Assembly (NCBI GenBank): GCA_013216135.1 | Contig: JABSOS010000011.1 | Span: forward strand, 30,168 to 94,167 | Direction of reading: 5' to 3' | DNA length: 64,000 nucleotides | Source: Candidatus Caenarcanales bacterium | GTDB taxonomy: Bacteria; Cyanobacteriota; Vampirovibrionia; LMEP-6097 | In this document: one piece after another, positions 55,316 to 64,000 of the stretch | Layout of the letters: the number at the start of each line of letters is the position of its first letter | Position numbering within the stretch: the first letter of the stretch is position 1 | Translations under genes and position numbers: made by a program | The notes under the pieces: generated by a model | Database searches by the model: none | The model's input: the letters and a program-made list of their open reading frames with translations, nothing else | Told to the model about the DNA's origin: nothing

Positions 55316-56326
55316 ATGAGTTTAGATGGACTAGGTAGTATAGATTTTGATTTTAATTTTGGTTCAGCTTTTGAGGGGATGGGTGTTGAAGATTCAGTAT
55401 TAGATACGAATTTTGATGAAACATTTGAGGCTGGTGTATTTGATGATATCGGTAAAGGTATTGAGGCTGAGACAGATGGTTTCTTTGATAATAAAGACTT
55501 AGATGAAACCTTACAAGGAAGTTTAGAGAAAAATGATGTTTTTAGTAGCTTATCAAAAGATGATCAAGCTAAAGTTAGAGAAAATTTAGCCACTCAATTC
55601 TGGGAACAAGCTGGTGCTGAAGAGGGTATTGTTACTGATGGTACTGATATTCAACTTAAAGCTTACGATAATGCATTATCAGACCTTCAGGAGAAGTTTA
55701 CAGAAGGAACAGACTCTATAAAAATCGAAGATCTTGATGCTGATCTACAATCTCAAGCTAAACAATTAGGTATTGATGAAGATGGTGTAATTTCAAAAGC
55801 ATCATTTGAGGAACTTAAAGAAAAATATGATGGATTGAAAGATAATGATGAGCTTACTTTTGTGACTGAAGGTAAGCAAAGTGAGCTAGAGGAAAATGAG
55901 CTTCTAGCCTTAGATACTAACGGTGACGGTGAAATTAACGATAGAGACGGTAACTTTAACACTAGTGGTGAGGAAGCTAAGGTAATCGATGAAGACGATA
56001 AAACTTTAGACCTTAGATCAGAAGAAGCTAAGAAAAATGGTGATACTAGTGCTAAGGCTGAAACGGATAAGAGTAGCCCTACTTTTCAGAAAATTATGAA
56101 AGCACTTCAGGAAGTGATGAAGGTCATGCAAAAGCAGGCTCAACAGAAAAAACAGAGTCAGGCGCAACAACCACCTCCACAACCAAATTATAATGCAAAT
56201 GAAACTTATTGGAAAAATCAAGTCGTGATGGCGGGTAATAGTGAAAGAAAAGCTTGGATGACAGCGCATGCAGCGAATACAGCAAATGTTAGAGCTAACT
56301 TTGCACAGAGATTTAATAATGCTTAA
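55316..56326 (+). CDS. Acidic orphan protein with EF-hand-like loop and Gln-rich tail
   Basis: DTNGDGEINDRD and FQKIMKALQEVMKVMQKQAQQ. Confidence 0.65.
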   Translation: MSLDGLGSIDFDFNFGSAFEGMGVEDSVLDTNFDETFEAGVFDDIGKGIEAETDGFFDNKDLDETLQGSLEKNDVFSSLSKDDQAKVRENLATQFWEQAGAEEGIVTDGTDIQLKAYDNALSDLQEKFTEGTDSIKIEDLDADLQSQAKQLGIDEDGVISKASFEELKEKYDGLKDNDELTFVTEGKQSELEENELLALDTNGDGEINDRDGNFNTSGEEAKVIDEDDKTLDLRSEEAKKNGDTSAKAETDKSSPTFQKIMKALQEVMKVMQKQAQQKKQSQAQQPPPQPNYNANETYWKNQVVMAGNSERKAWMTAHAANTANVRANFAQRFNNA

Positions 56327-56391
56327 ATCCCTTTTATCTATAACTTATTCTTAACTAAAAATCTATATCATGCAATTAGGAGCGTGTAGCA

Positions 56392-56892
56392 GTGGTCGCA
56401 AGTAATTATGGCGGAGCTTATAATAGTTCATTTAGTTCAGCGTATTCTCCAGTAGGAGGAGCGCCAACTCAGCCCCGTCCTCATAATGAACCTCGTAGGT
56501 ATTATACTAGTAAAGTTTATGAAAAACGAGATACGTTTGTTTCAGATGTATCTGCATATGTAAATCAATCATGGAATTATAATAATGGCGGCAGAGCCGC
56601 TTCTTTGGGAGCTGGCGGCGGTGTTCCTAGCAATGGTTATCAGTATAAAGTGATGACTGGTGATCAAATCTCTAGTCATAATAGTAGGCTTGCTGCAGCT
56701 TACCAAGAACAAGCAATTAAAGACCAGCAAAGAGACTTAGAGCTTCAGCAGATTGCCTATAACGAACAAATAAAAGCTCAGCAGCAATATCAAACTCAAA
56801 ATCAAGCCTATGCTCAGCCGCAGCAGCAGTATCAGGATAATACTATGCAGTATGTTAAATTAGCAATGGGTGTTGCTCAAATAATTTTCTAA
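56392..56892 (+). CDS. Q/Y/G-rich orphan protein
   Basis: GTG start with AGGAG SD. C-terminal amphipathic helix. Confidence 0.6.
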   Translation: MVASNYGGAYNSSFSSAYSPVGGAPTQPRPHNEPRRYYTSKVYEKRDTFVSDVSAYVNQSWNYNNGGRAASLGAGGGVPSNGYQYKVMTGDQISSHNSRLAAAYQEQAIKDQQRDLELQQIAYNEQIKAQQQYQTQNQAYAQPQQQYQDNTMQYVKLAMGVAQIIF

Positions 56893-56953
56893 AATTTACT
56901 CTTAACATTGACTTAACCCTTTTTTGTAAGACTTAGAAAAAGGGATATAGGAT

Positions 56954-57328
56954 ATGAATGGAAGTATAGGTAATTTTTTACCAGGACCGATTCCTGGCTT
57001 TGGGCAAAATGATAAAGGACAGGTGACTTATACACCAGGTGGTTTTGCTGGACAGGATGGCATGCCTACCATTGTCTTACCTGATTCTGAGCCTAGTTTT
57101 TTTCCTGTTGACCCTGGGGATCTTTTTGCAGAGCATACTGAAAATAAAGATGGGAAAGAGTCTCCTAAAAAAGATTGGGAGGTTTTGCCTGGAGTTAAAT
57201 TACCAGAGTTTGAAGTGGCTGATTTGGAGGTACCAGATTTAAATGTCCCAGACCCGACTAGCAAAGAAGGGCAAGAGATGATGAAAATTGCTGTTCAGAT
57301 AATGCAAATGTTTGGTGGATTTGGTTAA
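56954..57328 (+). CDS. Pro/Gly-rich orphan protein
   Basis: 124 aa, ending EMMKIAVQIMQMFGGFG. Confidence 0.6.
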   Translation: MNGSIGNFLPGPIPGFGQNDKGQVTYTPGGFAGQDGMPTIVLPDSEPSFFPVDPGDLFAEHTENKDGKESPKKDWEVLPGVKLPEFEVADLEVPDLNVPDPTSKEGQEMMKIAVQIMQMFGGFG

Positions 57329-57364
57329 CTTCGGTCAAAACAAAATAAGTTTTAATTAAAAAAG

Positions 57365-57398
57365 AAAAACCCTCGCTGCGTGACGGCGAGGGTTTTTT
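57365..57398. terminator. Bidirectional intrinsic terminator after fusA
   Basis: AAAAACCCTCGCTGCGTGACGGCGAGGGTTTTTT. Confidence 0.9.
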
Positions 57399-57427
57399 AG
57401 CGTGTTTGGGGTTTGGGAAAACCTTAA

Positions 57428-59542
57428 TTAAGCTGCAGCAGTTGCTTTTCCAGCTGCGATTTCTTGAGCTACATTCGGTGGAACTTCTTCGTAAGCGTAG
57501 AATTCCATAGTAAATGTACCTTGACCTTTAGTTTTGTTTCTAATATCAGTCGCATATCCGAACATGTTCGCTAGTGGAACTACAGTCGCTACTTTAGATT
57601 GACCATTTTCTGTTTCCATCTTCTCAACACGTCCGCGTCTAGAAGAAATATCACCGATAACATCACCCATAAATTCTTCAGGAACTTCGATATCAACTTT
57701 CATCATCGGTTCAAGAAGAACAGCTTGAGCTTTTTTCGAACCATCTTTAAATGCCATAGACCCAGCGATTCCGAAAGCCATCTCAGAAGAGTCAACATCG
57801 TGGAATGAACCGTGAACTAGTGTCGCTTTAAGACCGATTAATTCGTAACCAGCGATACTACCAGAAAGCATAGCTTCTTGGATACCTTTATCTACTGAAG
57901 GGATGTATTCCTTAGGAATCACACCACCAGTGATTTTGTTAACGAATTCATATGTAGGAAGATCTTCACCTTCTTCATCTTTACCGATTGGAAGAGGTTC
58001 AAATTCTACTACAACGTGTCCGTATTGACCACGACCACCGGACTGTTTAGCGTATTTCATATCTGAAGTAGCTTTTCCTCTGATAGTTTCTCTGTATGCT
58101 ACCTGAGGCTTACCTACATCAGCTTCTACTTTAAATTCACGCTTAAGTCTATCAACTAGAATCTCTAAGTGCAGTTCACCCATACCAGAGATGATAGTTT
58201 GACCAGTTTCGTGATCTACTTTAACTTTAAATGTCGGATCTTCTTCAGCAAGTTTATGTAATGAAACAGCTAATTTCTCTTGATCCTGTTTAGTCTTAGG
58301 CTCTACCGCTACTGAGATTACAGGCTCAGGAATGAATAGTGATTCAAGAATAACTGATTGTTTCTCATCACAGAAAGTGTTTCCAGTAGTTGTTTCTTTG
58401 AAACCTACTACTGCACCGATATCTCCAGCAGCAAGTTCGTCAACTTCAGTTCTATCGTCTGCTTGAAGTTTGATGATACGAGAGATTCTTTCTTTCTTAC
58501 CTGTAGATGAGTTAAATACATAACTTCCAGAAGTGATTTTACCTGAGTACATTCTTACGAAAGTTAATCTACCTACAAATGGGTCAGTCATAACTTTAAA
58601 CGCTAGACCAGCCATAGGCTCAGTGTCATCACACTTACGAACAACTTCGTTTTCTTCTTTATCTAAACCTTTGATTTGTTCAACTTCAAGTGGGTTAGGA
58701 AGTAAATCAACGATAGCGTCAAGTACTTTCTGGATACCTTTGTTCTTGAATGCAGAACCACAAAGCATAGGAATGATTTCAAGTTTAATAGTCGCTTTTC
58801 TTAAAGCAGCAATTAATTCTTCTGTAGTGAATGCTTCTTCACCTTCTTCAAGGTATCTGTTCATTAAATCTTCGTCAGTTTCAGCGATAGCTTCTACTAA
58901 TTCAGTTCTCATTTCAGTACACTTGTCAGCTAAGTCAGCTGGGTAACCGTCAGTTACGTCGATTTCCATACCTAAGTCATCTTTATGAACGATAGTTTTC
59001 TTCTCGATAAGATCAACTACGCCTTGGAATTGATCTTCAGCACCGATAGGACATTGGATAGGAACAGCGTTCACACGAACGTCATTTCTTAACTGATCTT
59101 TTACTTTAAAGAAGTCAGCACCTGATCTGTCCATTTTGTTAACGAAAACGATTCTTGGTACTTTATATCTGTCAGCCTGTCTCCAAACAGTTTTAGTTTG
59201 AGGCTGTACACCACCAACTGAACATAGAGTGATGATTACAGAGTCTAGTACACGCATAGAACGCTCAACTTCGATAGTGAAATCAACGTGTCCTGGGGTG
59301 TCGATTAAGTTAATATACTTATCTCTCCAGTTAGTAGAGATCGCAGCGGCTGTAATCGTGATACCACGTTCTTTCTCTTGAGCCATCCAGTCAGTTACTG
59401 AATTACCTTCGTGAACTTCACCAATTTTGTGAACAACACCACTGTAAAATAAAATTCTTTCGGTAGTTGTAGTTTTACCTGCGTCGATATGGGCAGCGAT
59501 TCCCATATTCCTAATATCTTCTTTTTTGATTTGTTTTCCCAT
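57428..59542 (-). CDS. fusA: Elongation factor G
   Basis: [49 protein letters not shown]. Confidence 0.98.
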   Translation of the reverse strand: MGKQIKKEDIRNMGIAAHIDAGKTTTTERILFYSGVVHKIGEVHEGNSVTDWMAQEKERGITITAAAISTNWRDKYINLIDTPGHVDFTIEVERSMRVLDSVIITLCSVGGVQPQTKTVWRQADRYKVPRIVFVNKMDRSGADFFKVKDQLRNDVRVNAVPIQCPIGAEDQFQGVVDLIEKKTIVHKDDLGMEIDVTDGYPADLADKCTEMRTELVEAIAETDEDLMNRYLEEGEEAFTTEELIAALRKATIKLEIIPMLCGSAFKNKGIQKVLDAIVDLLPNPLEVEQIKGLDKEENEVVRKCDDTEPMAGLAFKVMTDPFVGRLTFVRMYSGKITSGSYVFNSSTGKKERISRIIKLQADDRTEVDELAAGDIGAVVGFKETTTGNTFCDEKQSVILESLFIPEPVISVAVEPKTKQDQEKLAVSLHKLAEEDPTFKVKVDHETGQTIISGMGELHLEILVDRLKREFKVEADVGKPQVAYRETIRGKATSDMKYAKQSGGRGQYGHVVVEFEPLPIGKDEEGEDLPTYEFVNKITGGVIPKEYIPSVDKGIQEAMLSGSIAGYELIGLKATLVHGSFHDVDSSEMAFGIAGSMAFKDGSKKAQAVLLEPMMKVDIEVPEEFMGDVIGDISSRRGRVEKMETENGQSKVATVVPLANMFGYATDIRNKTKGQGTFTMEFYAYEEVPPNVAQEIAAGKATAAA

Positions 59543-59635
59543 TTCGTTTTTCCTTAAATTGAGTGTGCTGAATATTTAACGACACGCAAAATCAGCACTT
59601 AAGCAATTGGAATTATAACATGTGGTGTCCTGTAC

Positions 59636-60892
59636 TTAGAAATATTTATAAAAGCGTTCAAGATCCCTAGTGTTTTCCACACCTACTCTGACCCTACCAT
59701 TAGTAATTAAGCCACCACCATCTAAACTTCCGAGGGAAACTCTATTACCGATAGCTATATCCATTTGTTGTCCACCTGGTAGTAGCCCTCCTCCTGAGTC
59801 ACCTACTGTTGCTGGCAATCCTTCTTTACTCATTAATTTAGCTAAGCTTGGGTTAAAACCAGAACCTATAAGTGTTTTTTCTGGGAGCCAGACTTTAATT
59901 TTCACAGGCGTTCTTGCTCTAGACTTAGGGTTACCTGGATTATCATCAGTAACTTTTCTATCCATAGCTACTGTGAATCTTAATTTTTGCCCTAAATAGT
60001 TATTAATTTCTTCTGGACTTTTACCTTGAGCATGGAGTTGATTTGCTTTTCTTGCTACTGTATCTAAGTACGTTGGTGCAACACCAAATCTTGTTTGATT
60101 AGGGTTACCATCACTGTTAATTCCTCCCTTTTGTGGTTGATAAAAGGTTATTTTTTGAGGAGCAAATTCTCCTGCTGTTCCATTTGAATTAGGATTGGTA
60201 TTTCCAGCAGTGTCACCTTTTGCTATTTCCTCTGAAGAATTTGTTTCCTCCTGAAGTAGCTTTCTAAGTTCAGCTTTATCTTCTTCATTGTATTCTTCAC
60301 TTTTCAATAGATTCTCAGCAGTATTTTTGAATTGATTTTCAAGTTTTTGAATTTGATGTTTTGCTTTTTTGATAACTGCCATGTCATTGAGATTGAATCT
60401 TTGTTCATAGGCTGCTTGCTCTACTTCTTTAACAGTTTCTTTTAATTCATCTAGCTCTTTTTTAGAAGCTGTAAGATTAGTTATATTAGTCGTTTCATTA
60501 AATTCAAAACTTTTTATTCTGTTATTAACATCCGCAATTTTTTCACCAATTTTCTTTCCGATATTTTCTTCACTAGCGATTTGAGATGTTTCATTAAATT
60601 CTGGGAGCTGAGCATTACTATTAAGCCATACTCTATCTACTTCACCTAGTGTTTCTAAGTCGCCTCTGTAACTCCCTGTTCTTCCTTGAATTTGTCCTAT
60701 GTTTTTAGGGTTAACCGTGAAAATATCGCTTGGTGCACTGAAGCTGTACTCAGTTTTATTCGTTTCAGTCTCTTCTGGTGGAGCTATTGGTGGTGCTACA
60801 AGAGCTAATCTTTCATTTTCAATCTCTTTTTCAGTATATATATTATCGAAATTAACTGACGATGAGTAGTCAGTAAAATTACTGGTAACCAT
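59636..60892 (-). CDS. Coiled-coil protein with C-terminal 3D/MltA-like domain
   Basis: ITFY...TVAMD...VGDSGGGL...MDIA matches the three-Asp pattern of the 3D domain. Confidence 0.55.
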   Translation of the reverse strand: MVTSNFTDYSSSVNFDNIYTEKEIENERLALVAPPIAPPEETETNKTEYSFSAPSDIFTVNPKNIGQIQGRTGSYRGDLETLGEVDRVWLNSNAQLPEFNETSQIASEENIGKKIGEKIADVNNRIKSFEFNETTNITNLTASKKELDELKETVKEVEQAAYEQRFNLNDMAVIKKAKHQIQKLENQFKNTAENLLKSEEYNEEDKAELRKLLQEETNSSEEIAKGDTAGNTNPNSNGTAGEFAPQKITFYQPQKGGINSDGNPNQTRFGVAPTYLDTVARKANQLHAQGKSPEEINNYLGQKLRFTVAMDRKVTDDNPGNPKSRARTPVKIKVWLPEKTLIGSGFNPSLAKLMSKEGLPATVGDSGGGLLPGGQQMDIAIGNRVSLGSLDGGGLITNGRVRVGVENTRDLERFYKYF

Positions 60893-61145
60893 TGTTCTTT
60901 CCCTTCTTTATTTGCACACTTAACCAGTCAAAGACCTTGAATCTCGATTTTGTCTATTTTGGTTAAAAATTTTCTCTAGCTCATCATTTTATATATTTTT
61001 GGCTAGAATTTTTGCTTACAACTATATAAAGTTGATAGTGAATTTTTTTTGACAATAAATTTTAAATTTTTTTGATTTTTTTTCAATATTTTTCAATATT
61101 TTAAGTAAACAAGTAAAAATCAGCTAAAGTAAAGAACTCGTAAAT

Positions 61146-61290
61146 AAGGAGGCGTTCCCCTACAACGCCTCCCTGACCTTGAGCTATCCAGGTCGATACG
61201 AGCCTGATTCAAAGATTCTCCCACTTTGAACCTATCCCCTCTTCCATAGACTAAGCAAGAAACTTGGTAGTTTCTACTTAATCTAGAACT
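61146..61290 (-). ncRNA. Candidate sRNA with GGA-rich loops (CsrB/RsmY-like)
   Basis: Four consecutive hairpins on the - strand with consistent G-U pairs and six GGA motifs. Terminal GC-rich hairpin GGGAGGCGTT/AACGCCTCCT followed by a U-rich tail. Confidence 0.55.
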
Positions 61291-61400
61291 TGTTTTGTAA
61301 AATTTTGAAGACTAATTTCAAATAGTATGAATTAATTATTCGTCGTTTTGAAATTAGTTGTCACATAGAGATATTTAGTTGTCTTATTCGTATTTATTAG

Positions 61401-61592
61401 TTATTTAATTGTAAACATTGAATTCATTTCTGCTTCACAAGATTCTCTTTCACAGAATAATTGCTTAATTTTATTCCCTTGATTTTTAATCTCATGATCG
61501 AAATAGGCTGAATCTAGATCGCAATCTAGTATTTCTTCCATTTCAAATTCATTAAGTGTATTAATGTTTCCCAGTATTGTGAATATTGCCAT
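61401..61592 (-). CDS. Small hypothetical protein
   Basis: 63 aa, SD-like AAGGGGG, own promoter block at 61629-75. Confidence 0.55.
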   Translation of the reverse strand: MAIFTILGNINTLNEFEMEEILDCDLDSAYFDHEIKNQGNKIKQLFCERESCEAEMNSMFTIK

Positions 61593-61959
61593 TTTCTACC
61601 CCCTTTTGTAGATACACGCTTGGCTTGTAACTATATATAGTTGATAGTGATATTTTTTTGATAATAAATTTCAAAAATTTTTAAATTTTTGAAAGGAAAT
61701 TTGATTTGTAGAGTTAATGTACTTATTGGTTATTTATTCTTTTGATTCTTTTGGAATTTTCTTGAATTTGTAAATGCGCTTTACTGCTTACTTTTGTGCG
61801 CCTATCTAGATACTTTCCTGTTATCTAATTCTAAAAAATAGATTGAGTGCTTGCTTTTGCCCCCCCCTTGATTATATATTTATGTATTGTCGTGATTGTG
61901 CTGGGAAAGTGGCTTTGTGTGTGCTTTTTTAGTTTTTTAGATACGTAAAAGGAAGTGAA

Positions 61960-62541
61960 ATGAATCAATTAATGAAGAATTTAAGATTACCAGTAACATT
62001 AGCTACTACTGTAGGTTTAAATGCTGGTGGAGTAGATGCAGCTAAAATTGAACAGACTTTTGGGGATAAGTCTCAGCCTGGTGCTCAAGCTAGTTTAGTC
62101 ACTGGTGAAGAGGCGCGTCAGTTAGGTGGTGATTTAGCTGGGAATGTTAAGGGGATGCAGATGGCACAGTTAAGAGGGAATACGGCGTTGCTTAATGATA
62201 TAAGTAATGCTGCTTCTAGGCTTCATGGCACTAATATTATTGATCTTAATAGACCTGGCTATGCAAATGTAGGGCAATGCGTTGAAACTAGTGCAAATGC
62301 ACCTGTGAGGATTAATGGAGATTCGGGGTATGATATTTCTGCTCGAATTGTCAGAGTTAATAATGCTGCGCCATTTTTTGCCTTAGAATTTATTGCTCAC
62401 GATGGGTGTGATTTTAAAGGAAGTGTTTGGGCTAGCTTAGACGACAATGGTTTAGTTTCATTTGCAAATAGTGATGGTGCTTTTGCTTTATTTAAAGATC
62501 AGCAAATTATAAATGCTATCAACCAAGGTCTAAGACAATAA
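61960..62541 (+). CDS. Hypothetical, probably exported protein
   Basis: SD AAGGA and a signal-peptide-like N-terminus. Confidence 0.6.
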   Translation: MNQLMKNLRLPVTLATTVGLNAGGVDAAKIEQTFGDKSQPGAQASLVTGEEARQLGGDLAGNVKGMQMAQLRGNTALLNDISNAASRLHGTNIIDLNRPGYANVGQCVETSANAPVRINGDSGYDISARIVRVNNAAPFFALEFIAHDGCDFKGSVWASLDDNGLVSFANSDGAFALFKDQQIINAINQGLRQ

Positions 62542-62555
62542 TTCAATCTCAAAAT

Positions 62556-62590
62556 AAAAAAACAAGGTAGTTAATCTCCCTTGTTTTAAA
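62556..62590. terminator. Probable bidirectional terminator
   Basis: AAAACAAGGTAG-TTAAT-CTCCCTTGTTTT between convergent genes. Confidence 0.6.
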
Positions 62591-62608
62591 ATAATATTAA
62601 CTAGATCT

Positions 62609-63994
62609 CTATGCCTTAACTTTAGCTGGTGGAGCTTTTTTACCAGCTGTTTTTGAACTAGCTGTTTCAATAAAGTCATCCATCATTTCTTTACCTTTTT
62701 TACCAAAGATCCCTGTTTCTTTTGCTAAAACTCCTAGTGATGTTACCATAAGTACACTTTTTAGTAGTTTATTTCTACCTGAGGTCATATTATTTGCGTT
62801 TAAATATTTGTTATTACCTTTAAATAGCCCACCAAAAATAGTCATTAAAGCGAAGCCTCCAAGAAGATGTCCAACCATATTTCCGAGTTGAAGATTTTCT
62901 TTGCTGGCTTTTTTAGTTTCTTTAGCTTTTAATGCTTTACTAGCACTTAACTTGAGATTATTTTGAAGTGCTTTTGTTTTTTCTTCATTTAGAACTTCTG
63001 TTCCATTTATATTGTCATAGATTTCAATACTATCTATATAATTTTGTACTTTCTCTTGAGTTTCTTCTTGATTTTCACCTTTAATATTTGTGATATTTTT
63101 ACTAAGTTGTTTTGATTTTGCTTGAATATCTTCCATCGTTTGATTAAATTCATGTTCAGAATTAGAACTGGCTTTTAATTCATCAACACTTTTTTGATAA
63201 CGTGCTTCAAGTCTACCAATTCTACTGATAGCAACATCTTTATCATCGGTGTTTGCAATTGCTAATAGTTTTGAGTCATCATGGTTTACCATGAGGCTTG
63301 AGGTTGCGATTGTTGATTTTGATGCTTGGATTTCACTCATGAAAATTTTTAAGCTTTCTTGACTGATTTTGTCTTTGTTTTCCATTAAGCCTTGACTTAA
63401 AGTTTCAGAGAATGTTTCAAAGTTACTATCCTCAGAATTAACGCTTGCCCTAGCTGTTGCAAGGATTTTGTCAAAAATTTGTTTTTGTTCAGGAATTGTA
63501 TATTCAGTTTGATTGTTAGCTACAACTAGTTGAGACTTTTGGTTGTTAAGCTCACTTAGCGTGTGATCTGTTAAATTTTGGTCAAAGCCGTGACTTATCA
63601 GAATATCAGCTCCTGAAGTTTTTTCATATTTTTCACTTTGTTTATTTATTTGTTCATTTAAAAAATTAGTTAACCCCTGTTCATAGTTATTTAAATTTTG
63701 TTTGAAAGCGGCTTGATCTCCACGTTGTTGATGGACAATTAAAAATTTATTTGCTATTTCACCATTTACTGCTTCGACAAAGCTTTTTCTTTCGCTAGAG
63801 CTAGTACCTTTTTCTTCGGCTTTAGTCATCCAAGATTTAAGGTGGTCAAAAAGATTGTTGAAGTCTTTTTCACTTAAAGTCTCTTTATCACCGACAGCTT
63901 CAGTAATAAACTTTTGAGCCTTCTGTTCAACTGTCAGCTCAGGTTTAGGTGGCTGTGGTGTAGGGCTTCTTCTGTTTAGTAAGTTGTTTAACAT
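62609..63994 (-). CDS. Coiled-coil orphan protein with C-terminal hydrophobic hairpin
   Basis: Pro-rich N-terminus, long coiled coil, then MVGHLLGGFALMTIFGGLF and VLMVTSLGVLA. Confidence 0.65.
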   Translation of the reverse strand: MLNNLLNRRSPTPQPPKPELTVEQKAQKFITEAVGDKETLSEKDFNNLFDHLKSWMTKAEEKGTSSSERKSFVEAVNGEIANKFLIVHQQRGDQAAFKQNLNNYEQGLTNFLNEQINKQSEKYEKTSGADILISHGFDQNLTDHTLSELNNQKSQLVVANNQTEYTIPEQKQIFDKILATARASVNSEDSNFETFSETLSQGLMENKDKISQESLKIFMSEIQASKSTIATSSLMVNHDDSKLLAIANTDDKDVAISRIGRLEARYQKSVDELKASSNSEHEFNQTMEDIQAKSKQLSKNITNIKGENQEETQEKVQNYIDSIEIYDNINGTEVLNEEKTKALQNNLKLSASKALKAKETKKASKENLQLGNMVGHLLGGFALMTIFGGLFKGNNKYLNANNMTSGRNKLLKSVLMVTSLGVLAKETGIFGKKGKEMMDDFIETASSKTAGKKAPPAKVKA

Positions 63995-64000
63995 TACGTT

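Larger units (their letters stand above)
61020..61675 (-). repeat. Duplicated 47-bp promoter block (61020-61066 and 61629-61675)
   Basis: 42/47 identity by manual alignment. Each copy has a minus-strand TATAGT and a TTGA-N9-TCAA-type site. Confidence 0.75.

Noticed and set aside
5691-59999. Short ORFs antisense to or nested in long genes (e.g. 5691, 6624, 8740, 9201, 12056, 17251, 23793, 37294, 40876, 47564, 58533, 59670)
   Set aside because: Shadow frames of well-supported genes, with no independent motifs or start signals.
1-64000. CRISPR array, cas genes, rRNA, IS transposases
   Set aside because: No regularly spaced repeat-spacer array or recognisable cas, rRNA or transposase sequence was found by eye.

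Overview
AT-rich bacterial chromosome window, most consistent with a non-photosynthetic, flagellated relative of cyanobacteria (Melainabacteria/Vampirovibrionia). This is inferred from cyanobacterial-type S12, EF-G, CinA and ferredoxin plus fliD, with no photosynthesis genes. About 561-10186 is a 9.6-kb integrative element inserted at the 3' (CCA) end of tRNA-His and bounded by a 9-bp direct repeat (AATGGGGCA). It carries a large serine recombinase, a TOPRIM primase/DUF3987-type replicase with downstream TCAC repeats, two small ORFs missed by the ORF track (an RHH regulator and a 51-aa protein), an HTH/Zn-finger protein, a TIR-domain protein and an unannotated ~200-nt multi-branched structured RNA. 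A 14-nt segment of that RNA is the exact reverse complement of the promoter region of the replication operon. The attachment core lies inside the recombinase 3' end, so excision would swap the enzyme's C-terminus. The rest is scattered housekeeping genes (rpe, rpsL-rpsG, cinA, PBP, pheA, speE, acs, ilvE, trpA, tatD, fliD, uppS, alr, pyk, anmK, trpG, fusA) mixed with many orphan, effector-like proteins. It also holds further structured RNAs (one CsrB/Rsm-like), paired Fur-type boxes, a five-copy TTGA-N9-TCAA site and an RPE-like palindromic element. Many genes appear leaderless, with a -10 box 6-9 nt before the ATG. No CRISPR array or rRNA was seen. All calls come from manual reading; no database searches were run.
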